A stretch of 64,000 nt of DNA from assembly GCA_027623675.1 (NCBI GenBank), contig JAQBVF010000007.1, forward strand, positions 45,675 to 109,674. The letters are read 5' to 3'. The notes under the pieces were generated by a model. The model was not told the DNA's origin, did not search any database, and worked only from the letters and a program-made list of their open reading frames with translations. Source of the DNA: Chloroflexota bacterium (GTDB taxonomy: Bacteria > Chloroflexota > Dehalococcoidia > Lucifugimonadales > UBA3495). Shown piece after piece: positions 18,194 through 26,670 of the stretch. A program made the translations under genes and the position numbers. Position 1 is the first letter of the stretch, and every line of letters begins with the position of its first letter.

Positions 18194-19033
18194 GTGCGAA
18201 AAACCAATATCAGAGTCTTGGCTGAGATGAAGGCCCGCGGCGAAAAGATCCCAATGATCACGGCATATGATTATACCTCGGCCCAATTGGCCAGCTTGGC
18301 CGGCATACCCCTGTTGTTGGTGGGGGACAGCCTGGGTATGGTCGTGCTTGGCTACGATTCGACCATCCCGGTGACCATGGAGGACATGCTGCATCACACC
18401 AAAGCTGTCGCCAGGGGCGCCAAGGAGTCGATGATCGTGGCCGACCTGCCATTCATGAGCTACCAGATCGACGCCAAACAAGCCATGACCAACGCCGCCA
18501 GGTTGGTGCAAGAGGGGGGCGCCCAGGCCGTCAAGCTTGAGGGTGGCGAGAAGATATCCCCAACCGTAGCCCGGATCGTGGACTCGGGTATCCCGGTCAT
18601 GGGCCACATCGGATTAACCCCCCAGTCGGTGCACACGCTGGGCGGCTACCGGGTCCAGGGACGGCAACGGAACGAGGCGGCGCGACTGCTCAAGGACGCC
18701 AAAGCACTAGAAGCGGCAGGGGCGTTCGCCCTGGTATTGGAGGTGGTGCCGGCTCCCCTGGCTGGTCTAATCACCCGGCAGTTAAGGATTCCCACCATCG
18801 GGATCGGCGCCGGCACCGGCTGCGATGGGCAGGTGCAGGTTTTGCATGACATGTTGGGGCTATATACCGATGTCGTGCCCAAGCATGCCAAGCGGTATGC
18901 CGAACTGGCCGAATCGATGCGGTCTGCCTTGGTCCAATATGCCCAGGAGGTTGAGGCGGGTTCGTTCCCGGCTGAGGAACATTCTTTCTCCATGAATGAG
19001 TCTCTGCTGGAAGGGTTGACGGACGCCCAGTAA
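18194..19033 (+). CDS. panB: 3-methyl-2-oxobutanoate hydroxymethyltransferase
   Basis: [51 protein letters not shown]; GTG start after GAGGAG. Confidence 0.97.
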   Translation: MRKTNIRVLAEMKARGEKIPMITAYDYTSAQLASLAGIPLLLVGDSLGMVVLGYDSTIPVTMEDMLHHTKAVARGAKESMIVADLPFMSYQIDAKQAMTNAARLVQEGGAQAVKLEGGEKISPTVARIVDSGIPVMGHIGLTPQSVHTLGGYRVQGRQRNEAARLLKDAKALEAAGAFALVLEVVPAPLAGLITRQLRIPTIGIGAGTGCDGQVQVLHDMLGLYTDVVPKHAKRYAELAESMRSALVQYAQEVEAGSFPAEEHSFSMNESLLEGLTDAQ

Positions 19034-19111
19034 CCCCGCCGCGGGCCATCCGGCCGTGCGGGAAGATTCAGACCTCCCGCAATATCACCAAAACATGAGT
19101 CATCCCGGGGT

Positions 19112-19367
19112 TTCATCATGGGTAGCACGCTACCGGTCAGATGCAGTCATTACGGCGAAAGGCGAAATGACGGTCGTTCAGAGCAACCACACTCGCCGCC
19201 TGTCATTCTAATCCTTCCCGAGAAGGAGAAGAATCTCTTTGCTTGACTTCAAAGTTGCTATCGTGCCGCGGGACCGGCAGTTGGTCTCCCATCAGCAACG
19301 AGATTCCTCTCTTCGATCGGAATGACAAAGGCCGCGGCATCCACCCACCAAACTCCGGGACGACTCA
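19112..19367. repeat. Dispersed ~255-bp MITE-like element, family A, copy 1
   Basis: Colinear with 31060-31315; core TGTCATTC..AGAAGGAGAAGAATCTCTTTGCTTGACTTCAA..ATTCCTCTCTTCG.TCGGAATGA. Confidence 0.9.
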
Positions 19368-19405
19368 TTTTGGGTTTCCCCGGACCTGTTCCTAAGGTTG
19401 CCAGG

Positions 19406-20395
19406 TTATAGGACGTGGAAGAGCAGTAGGTGGTCCCGGAGGACGTCCGCCGCGAAATCGTTCTCCACGTCACGCCAGACGGAGTGTATGTGGTTGGCGC
19501 CGTCTTGGCGGTTATCAAACTCAACCACGAAATCCCCGCCGTGGATCCGGTAATAGTGGGGCTCGTCCTTGGTGACCGGCCCGGCCCAGCCCAGGTGCAA
19601 GTGGTCCAGCCCAGTCTTTTTAAGCTCGGCCAATTTGTGCTCCGCAAGGTCGGTGTGCACCTGGTTGACGTACTCCGCTACCAACGCCAGCAGCAGTTCT
19701 TTCTGGGCGCCGTTCATCTTGGAGGCGGGCAGTCCCTCGTAGGCCATGAGCGAGGCCTTGGAGGAGTTGAAGGTTACGATGTCGGCGGGGGCCGCGTCGC
19801 AGATGATCGACTCGGCGACCTGTTCCTCGGTCAGGGACGCCATCAGGTCGAAGGCCATGTCTTCCCTGGCGCCCAAGATACGTAGTCCGTTCTTGGGGCC
19901 CTTTCGGACCTGGGCAGGATTGGCCCCAAAGAAGAAGGGCGTGGTGCTAATCACCTTATCGCCCATGATGCTGAAGTGGATGGAGATATGGTGCCCCTCA
20001 ACCCTCCAGCCCCAGGGTGCCTCTCCTCCGGGCTCGCCAAAAATGGTGAAATAATAGAGCTCGGTATCGCGGACAAAGGTCTTTATCCCTTGCTCTTTCT
20101 CCAGCGGACCAAGCACATCTTCGTGTTCCATGATCAGTTTGGCCTGTTCGTAGGACTCGGTCGTCAGGCCGCTGGCCATCACCGCCATCGCCAGATCACG
20201 CTGTGACGGGTCCATGTCCCTAAGGGGCAGGCCGTGTCGGTTCATCGGCGGGTAGTACCAAAAGATGCGCTCGCCGTCCAGATATTCAAATCTCGCCTTG
20301 CCTGCCTGCTGGTCGTTCAGACTGCTGACAAACGCTTTGGCGGCGTCCACCATTCGTGCAACCGCCTGTGGGGTGTCTGCCTGTTGGGTGGCCAT
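19406..20395 (-). CDS. DUF3500 domain protein
   Basis: YYFTIFGEP, WGWRVEGHHISIH, TPFFFGANP, YYRIHG, EFDNRQDGANHIHSVWRD..NDF. Confidence 0.9.
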   Translation of the reverse strand: MATQQADTPQAVARMVDAAKAFVSSLNDQQAGKARFEYLDGERIFWYYPPMNRHGLPLRDMDPSQRDLAMAVMASGLTTESYEQAKLIMEHEDVLGPLEKEQGIKTFVRDTELYYFTIFGEPGGEAPWGWRVEGHHISIHFSIMGDKVISTTPFFFGANPAQVRKGPKNGLRILGAREDMAFDLMASLTEEQVAESIICDAAPADIVTFNSSKASLMAYEGLPASKMNGAQKELLLALVAEYVNQVHTDLAEHKLAELKKTGLDHLHLGWAGPVTKDEPHYYRIHGGDFVVEFDNRQDGANHIHSVWRDVENDFAADVLRDHLLLFHVL

Positions 20396-20592
20396 TTTGA
20401 GGTTCTCCTTATGGTCGCAACCGTTTGGTTGTAACCTGTTGACCGTCAACTTCCGGTCTTGCCGTAGGCACCTCTGGAAGGACGGACCGTATTTGCCGCG
20501 AGTGTAATTAGGGGGAAGTTGGCTGTCAACCCTGCCGGCGGATCCCATCACCGGGACGCCGGCAGGGCTGCGAGATGATTACCGCAGGCCCC

Positions 20593-21543
20593 CTAGGTGT
20601 TGGGAAGCACCGGCAAGAGAGCGGCTTCCAATTCGTCCAGCGTGGCAAAACCTTCGAAGCGGTCGGTTATCCGGCCGTCGGCAGCCAGGATAAAGGTCCA
20701 ACTCTCGTTGAAGTAGTCCTCTATGGCCGTCAGGCCCCAGTCATCCACAACGCTGAAGATCTCCGCCCGGTTGAGGTCGCCTTGGATGTCGGCGGGGTTG
20801 TCGTAGATCTCCACGTGGATGTAATTCGCCACTCCGGGGTGCGCGTCCTTGAGTTCGGTCACCGTGTCCACCTGTGGGCCGCAGGTGGGGGTGGTGCAGA
20901 ACGCCGGGCTGGCGAAAACCACCACAGAAGGCAGTGGGCTCTCCACCGCCTCCTTGATGGTTAGCTGGTACAGGTCAGGGTCCGGGGTGTAATCGGTGGT
21001 TAGGTCTTCGATCCTGACTGGAGAGCCGTCACCACCCAGGGTCTTGGTGATACTTAGGAGAGCCGTGCGGCCCACCGCCGGGACCGGCGACTTGGCCAGC
21101 ACTTCCACCTCTATCTCGGTCTCGTCGTCCCCGTTCGGGTTGTCCACCTGTATATCCAGACGCCAACGGCCGGCCCGGTCGAAGTCGGCGTAGGCGCTGT
21201 ACGAGCCGCGCACGCCGTAGGGCCAAAGATTGAACACTGCTTCCAACGGTTCACCAGCCTCTCCGGCGGCTCCGGCGTCCAAGAACACCGGGGTTACCAG
21301 GGCGGTGGGCGCCTTGATCAGGCCCTTGGAAGTGGTCAACAAAAACGCCACCCGCTGCCGGCCCACCTCCAACACGGTGGTTGCCAGCACGGGGGTTATG
21401 GCCGTGGGGCCGGCTGGCGCGGAGGTCGGACCGGGTTCCGGAGTGGGCACGGCGGAGGAGCCACAGGCCGCCGCCAGGGCGATGGCGGCGGCCAAAACCG
21501 GGGCCAATAGCCGTTTATCTACGCGACGTAAAAACTTAATCAT
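20593..21543 (-). CDS. Lipoprotein with a thioredoxin-like domain (FASPAFCxxxxCGP)
   Basis: Lipobox LAAAC; VVFASPAFCTTPTCGP, HVEIY, ESWTFI..DG.I..RFEG. Confidence 0.8.
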   Translation of the reverse strand: MIKFLRRVDKRLLAPVLAAAIALAAACGSSAVPTPEPGPTSAPAGPTAITPVLATTVLEVGRQRVAFLLTTSKGLIKAPTALVTPVFLDAGAAGEAGEPLEAVFNLWPYGVRGSYSAYADFDRAGRWRLDIQVDNPNGDDETEIEVEVLAKSPVPAVGRTALLSITKTLGGDGSPVRIEDLTTDYTPDPDLYQLTIKEAVESPLPSVVVFASPAFCTTPTCGPQVDTVTELKDAHPGVANYIHVEIYDNPADIQGDLNRAEIFSVVDDWGLTAIEDYFNESWTFILAADGRITDRFEGFATLDELEAALLPVLPNT

Positions 21544-22667
21544 GGTCCTGTCTGGTATACGCCGAATGTGAAGGCGAAAATCCCGAAATCATCTGAGTTG
21601 GAACTCATGGTCAGCGCGTTGTCTTGGGAATAGGCCGGCGCCTCGACCACGTTGTACATCCGGGGTTCGTCCACCACCAGGAAGCTTGCGCCGTCAGGTC
21701 CGATGGTGATGTCCTCGCCTTTGTTGGCATCGGTCAGAAACTCGCCGTCCAGTTTCACCTGCACGGTGTACGGCTGGCCTGATTCAGAGGTCAGGACGGC
21801 GTTCACGCTGCGGGCCGAATAAACCACCGATAAAACATCTTCGTAACCGGTTGTATCACGGCCGTGGCGGGTGTTTTCGGGGCCGACTATCCAAGTGCCA
21901 TCGAAGTAAAGGACCCCTGACTTATGCTCGGCGGGCGACTTCAATTGGGTCACAGAGCCCGTGTTCTGGAAGAAGTCTTGCTGGCGCACGTACTCGCCCA
22001 GGCCCGCCATCGCCAGTCCGGCATACAACTCACGGGTCACGGTCCCGTTGCGCCTTTCGAGATAGGTCTGGTCCACCTGCTGGTCACCTGGGGGCTCAAA
22101 CGGGTTATCCAACAGGTCTGCCCCGGCCTCCTCAAGGAGATTCCGGATCCATTTCTCGGTCTCGTAGTAGAATCCTTCGCCAAAGTGGCTGTAGCGGACC
22201 TTCCCATCCTTGTCTACCAGGTACTTGGCCGGCCAAAAGGAATTGCCGTAGTTGCGCCAGGTCTCGAAATCGTTATCTTGGGCCACCGCCCAGGTGATGC
22301 CATTGTCCTGGGTGGCCTGGAGTACGTTTGAATAGTCCTTCTCAAACTCGAATTCTGGCGAATGGACACCGATGATAACCAGTCCGTCGTCGGCGTACTT
22401 GGCCTGCCACTGCTTGAGGTAGGGGAATGTCCGGATGCAATTGACGCAGGTGTAGGTCCAAAAATCGATTAACACGACCTTGCCGCGAAGCCCTTTGATG
22501 GTCATGGGTTCGCTGTTGATCCAGGCCTTGATGCCCTTGATCTCTGGCGCCGGAAAGCTGGCGCAAGCGACGGAGACAAACAAGGCAACCAGCACAATCA
22601 TCGCAAGCTTGACCGGGACCGCCGGTCTTCGCTTCACGTTGGTCGTATCGTCCAGGAACCGCGGCAC
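21540..22667 (-). CDS. DipZ-like thioredoxin lipoprotein, paralog 2
   Basis: Lipobox SVAC; WINS, DFWTYTCVNC, GVHSPEFEFEK, N.FWPAKYL, HFGEG, C-terminal FAFTFG. Confidence 0.88.
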   Translation of the reverse strand: MPRFLDDTTNVKRRPAVPVKLAMIVLVALFVSVACASFPAPEIKGIKAWINSEPMTIKGLRGKVVLIDFWTYTCVNCIRTFPYLKQWQAKYADDGLVIIGVHSPEFEFEKDYSNVLQATQDNGITWAVAQDNDFETWRNYGNSFWPAKYLVDKDGKVRYSHFGEGFYYETEKWIRNLLEEAGADLLDNPFEPPGDQQVDQTYLERRNGTVTRELYAGLAMAGLGEYVRQQDFFQNTGSVTQLKSPAEHKSGVLYFDGTWIVGPENTRHGRDTTGYEDVLSVVYSARSVNAVLTSESGQPYTVQVKLDGEFLTDANKGEDITIGPDGASFLVVDEPRMYNVVEAPAYSQDNALTMSSNSDDFGIFAFTFGVYQTGP

Positions 22668-23941
22668 TAGGACTCTTTTTCGTAAACGCCAAATGTAAAG
22701 GCGAAAAGGCCGAAATCAGGCGAGTTGGAAGCCATCTTGAGTGTCTCTCTCTGAACGTAACTGGGATTGCTGACTACATTGTATAGCGTGGGAGAGGTGA
22801 CCCACAGATAGCTCTCACCGTCGTCGCCGATCATGACATCGGACCCCCTGTTGTCCTCCGTTAGGTATTCGCCGCCCACCGTGACTCGCACTTTATACGG
22901 CTCACCCGAGTCTGACGTCAGAACCGCGTTCACTTCGGTGGCGGAGTACACCACGGCCAGGTAGTCCTCGTAAGACTCGGTCACGACGCCGTGGGTCGAG
23001 CTTTCCGGCCCGACATACCAGGAGCCCTGGAAGTAGAGATTGTGCGGCACAAGGTTGCCGGGAATGACGAACTCTGAAATCTTATTTTTGTTTTCAAAGT
23101 ACTCGGCCTGCTGAACATAGCCGCCCCTGCCGTACAGGAGGTCGCTTTCGCCACGTTTATAGCCGGCGTAAAGCTCGCGGGTTACTTCAGCATCCCGGGC
23201 GGCCAGGAAACCGGGGTCGAGGGCCTGGTCTTCCGGCAGGTCCAATTCTTCAGCCAAGAAATCCGGGTTGGCTTCGGCAAGCAGCTCGCGGATCACCGCT
23301 TCGGTCTCACTGTAGGCGCCTTCTCCGAAATGGGTGTAGCGGACCACTCCATCCTTATCGATCAGATATTTGGCGGGCCAGAACCGGTTGGAATAGCGGC
23401 GCCATGTGGTGAAATCGTTGTCCTGGGCCATCGTCCAGTCCAGAGCGTCGGTCTGGACGGCTTCCACCACGTTGTCGTACTCTTTCTCGAAATCGAATTC
23501 CGGACTGTGCACGCCCACGATCACCAGACCGTCGTCCTCATACCTGGAGTTCCACTGCTTGAGGAAGGGAAATGTTCGGATGCAGTTGATGCAGGTATAG
23601 GTCCAGAAGTCGATCAGCACCACCTTGCCCCTGAGCTCTTCCAGGGTCAGCGGACCGCCGTTGATCCAGGCGGCGATCCCGCCGAATTCAGGCGCAAGGT
23701 TGCCTACCTCACCTCCAACCCTGCGGTCGGCGTTGGCCGTGGCCGATCTGGTGGCCAACTGCCGCGGCTCAGCCTCTGAAGCCGGTTCTTGTGCGGCCGG
23801 CACGCCATTGGCCGGGGCAGCATCCGAGCCTCCGCAGGCCGCCACCAACAGTACCAAGCCCATAAGAACCGCCACCAACCCCGGGAGGTGGGAGGTGCGG
23901 CGGGATAGCCGAAATTCCGTGAGCGCCGTCAATATATTCAT
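22667..23941 (-). CDS. DipZ-like thioredoxin lipoprotein, paralog 1
   Basis: Lipobox VAAC; DFWTYTCINC, GVHSPEFDFEK, HFGEG, FAFTFG. Confidence 0.88.
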   Translation of the reverse strand: MNILTALTEFRLSRRTSHLPGLVAVLMGLVLLVAACGGSDAAPANGVPAAQEPASEAEPRQLATRSATANADRRVGGEVGNLAPEFGGIAAWINGGPLTLEELRGKVVLIDFWTYTCINCIRTFPFLKQWNSRYEDDGLVIVGVHSPEFDFEKEYDNVVEAVQTDALDWTMAQDNDFTTWRRYSNRFWPAKYLIDKDGVVRYTHFGEGAYSETEAVIRELLAEANPDFLAEELDLPEDQALDPGFLAARDAEVTRELYAGYKRGESDLLYGRGGYVQQAEYFENKNKISEFVIPGNLVPHNLYFQGSWYVGPESSTHGVVTESYEDYLAVVYSATEVNAVLTSDSGEPYKVRVTVGGEYLTEDNRGSDVMIGDDGESYLWVTSPTLYNVVSNPSYVQRETLKMASNSPDFGLFAFTFGVYEKES

Positions 23942-24257
23942 CTGCTGTCCATCCCATGCTTCCGTTATTTTCCGGGCCGCGATACACGATGGATTCCCCG
24001 ATGCCAGGCCAGATTTTCGCCTGTATGCGAGACGCCGCCAACCGCATCAACGCGAGGGGTCTGTTAGTAAGATTTACGCGGCGCCTTGTGCTGCGGATTC
24101 AAGTGGACCGAACCACCGCCCCGCCATTTTCGTATCTTATCAACCCTACAAACGACCACATCTGGTCGATAGGTCGAGCCTGACTAGCGTCGGGAGATCA
24201 TCCGGGGCCGGCCCACAATCTGCTGTGATAAACTTTCGCTACCAGCTAAGGTCCAGT

Positions 24258-24325
24258 CATGGACCGGCTCGCTTCGATCATGGTCCGGTCAAGCATGGTC
24301 CGGTCAAGGACCAACTCGCTTCGAT
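24258..24325. repeat. Compound short direct repeats upstream of moxR
   Basis: CATGGTCCGGTCAAG x2 (24279-24308), flanked by two GGACC..CTCGCTTCGAT copies. Confidence 0.8.
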
Positions 24326-24340
24326 GGATTGGAGTTGCAG

Positions 24341-25294
24341 GTGAACGAAACCCAATCAGCCACCGCCGTCGCCCGGAAGATAATCGACAACGTTGCCAAG
24401 GTGATTATCGGCAAGGAGCCGGTGATTAAACAGGCGTTGGCAGCGATGATTGCAGAGGGCCACATCCTCATTGAAGACGTGCCTGGGGTCGGCAAAACCA
24501 TGCTGGCCAAGAGCATCTCGGCGTCGATCGGTTGCTCCTTCAAACGCATCCAATTCACGCCCGATCTGCTGCCCAGCGACATCGTCGGGGTCTCCATATA
24601 CAACCAGAGCACCGGGGAGTTCCAGTTCCGGCCCGGCCCGGTGATGGCCCAGATCGTGTTGGTCGACGAGATCAACCGAGCCACGCCCAAGACCCAGTCC
24701 GCGCTGCTTGAGGCCATGGAAGAGTTGCAGGTGTCCGTGGACGGCGCCACCCGACCGCTGGACCGGCCATTCATAGTCATTGCCACGCAGAACCCCATCG
24801 AATATGAGGGAACTTTCCCCCTGCCCGAGGCCCAGCTCGACCGCTTCTTGATGCGCATCAGCCTGGGATATCCCAGTTTCGCCGAGGAGTTGTCGGTGAT
24901 CGAGCGGCAAGAGCAGAGCCATCCCATCGACAAGTTAAGCGCGGTGGCGACCCCGGAGGACGTTCTCGGCCTGCAGAACGCCGCCAAGAATGTGTATGTC
25001 GACGGCGCGGTCCGCGAGTATATCGTCGGGCTGATCGAAGCGACCCGAATGCATGAGGACGTTACCCTGGGCGCCTCGCCGCGGGCGTCGCTGGGCATGT
25101 TCCGGGCCGTCCGCGCCAAGGCCCTGTTGGAGGACCGGGATTACGTGATTCCCGACGACGTTAAAGACCTGGCCCATGCCGTGTTGGCCCACCGGATGAT
25201 TTTGGCCCCGTCGGCCCGCATGCGCGGCTTGCACACGGGACAGGTCATCGAAGGTCTGCTCGAATCAGTGGCGGTGCCAGGCGCCACCCGTTAA
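24341..25294 (+). CDS. moxR: MoxR-family AAA+ ATPase
   Basis: IEDVPGVGKT, RIQFTPDLLPSD, DEINRATPKTQSALLEAM, ATQNPIE, LPEAQLDRF, GASPR. Confidence 0.95.
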   Translation: MNETQSATAVARKIIDNVAKVIIGKEPVIKQALAAMIAEGHILIEDVPGVGKTMLAKSISASIGCSFKRIQFTPDLLPSDIVGVSIYNQSTGEFQFRPGPVMAQIVLVDEINRATPKTQSALLEAMEELQVSVDGATRPLDRPFIVIATQNPIEYEGTFPLPEAQLDRFLMRISLGYPSFAEELSVIERQEQSHPIDKLSAVATPEDVLGLQNAAKNVYVDGAVREYIVGLIEATRMHEDVTLGASPRASLGMFRAVRAKALLEDRDYVIPDDVKDLAHAVLAHRMILAPSARMRGLHTGQVIEGLLESVAVPGATR

Positions 25295-25367
25295 TCATTC
25301 TCGAAGTGGTCTATCGTGAGTTCCCCGCAAACCCAATGGCCCGGGGTTCCGCATGCGGAGTTCGGCC

Positions 25368-26630
25368 ATGAATAGGCGTACCATCGGCATGTTTGTGCTG
25401 CTGCTGGTGGTGGCTTTCTACGCCCTGGGCACCGGCTTCGACTTCTTCTTTAGATTTCTCTACATCCTGCTTCTGCTCACGGTGATCGGATTCTCGTGGG
25501 CCTGGCTGAATCTCCGCGGCATCGACCTGAAAGTGACCAGAGACGCCAACCGCGGGCAGGTAGGAGGCTACCTGGCGGGCCAGGTTTCAATCGTCAACCA
25601 TACCCGAATGCCCAAGTCCTGGCTCGAGGTGGCGGAGGCCACGGGGCCGTCGGCCGGCAACAGCGGCCGGGGGCTAGCTCTGGTGCGCGAGCAGGTGCGA
25701 AGCTGGCGGATCCGCACCTATCTGGCCAAGCGAGGCGTTTACCGGTCGGGCAAGGTGATGCTGATTAGCCAGGACCCCTTCGGGTTGTTTCACCTGCGCC
25801 GTGAGTTTGTGGACCCTCAGGCCTACATCGTCTTTCCAGCGGTTGAGCCTCTACCCGACCTGAACGCCCGATTCGCCGGCCTGCCCAGCGACAGCAGGAC
25901 GACCCGGCATTGGGAGCAGATCACCACCGACGTTGCGTCCATCCGGTCCTACGTGGAGGGAGACAGCCTGCGCCGCATCCACTGGCCCTATACCGCACGC
26001 ATGAACCAGTTGATGGTCAAAGAATTCGACATTGGGCTATCGGCTGAGTCTTGGGTGCTGTTGGACATGCACCGCGACTCCCATTTCGGGGCGGACCAAG
26101 ACGAGGTGAACAATACTGAGGAGCTGTCGGTCACGGTGGCCTCATCCATCATCAGCCGCCTGATCGACCAGTCGATGCCGGTGGGACTGGCGGCGAACGG
26201 CGACGAGAACCATGTTCACCGGCCCGACAGCAGCCCGGAGCAGCGAGGCCGGCTGATGGAAATTCTGGCCGAGGTGCGGGCCCACGGGGAGCGTCCCCTC
26301 CACCAGTTCATCTACGACGTCAACACCCACCTGAGCCAGTTCAACGCCCTGACCGTGGTGACATCGTCAGTGGACACACGGTGGGTGGCGTCGCTCACCG
26401 ACCTGCGCCGCCGGGGCGTGGAGATCGCGGTGGTGTTGGTGGACCGGAGCAGCTTCGGCTCGCTGGAGAACATGGACGTTCCACTGGCAGCGCTCACCTC
26501 CAATCTGATACCCACCTATATGGTGCGTCGCGGCGACGCCCTGAATGACGCCCTCAGGGCCCCGGTCCGGGAGATTCTCCGGGGTTGGTCGACGGGAGCG
26601 GCAGCAGCGACGTTTGGAGCCGGGGCATGA
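25368..26630 (+). CDS. DUF58 domain protein
   Basis: RGVY, DPFGLF, RSYVEGDSLRRIHW, LMVKEF; follows moxR. Confidence 0.92.
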   Translation: MNRRTIGMFVLLLVVAFYALGTGFDFFFRFLYILLLLTVIGFSWAWLNLRGIDLKVTRDANRGQVGGYLAGQVSIVNHTRMPKSWLEVAEATGPSAGNSGRGLALVREQVRSWRIRTYLAKRGVYRSGKVMLISQDPFGLFHLRREFVDPQAYIVFPAVEPLPDLNARFAGLPSDSRTTRHWEQITTDVASIRSYVEGDSLRRIHWPYTARMNQLMVKEFDIGLSAESWVLLDMHRDSHFGADQDEVNNTEELSVTVASSIISRLIDQSMPVGLAANGDENHVHRPDSSPEQRGRLMEILAEVRAHGERPLHQFIYDVNTHLSQFNALTVVTSSVDTRWVASLTDLRRRGVEIAVVLVDRSSFGSLENMDVPLAALTSNLIPTYMVRRGDALNDALRAPVREILRGWSTGAAAATFGAGA

Positions 26631-26670
26631 CCACCGGAACGCCATACACCGTGGACCTGAGTACCCGGCC

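Noticed and set aside
21540-23941. Additional selenoproteins among the thioredoxin-like genes
   Set aside because: Their CxxC motifs use Cys codons and the ORFs are uninterrupted.
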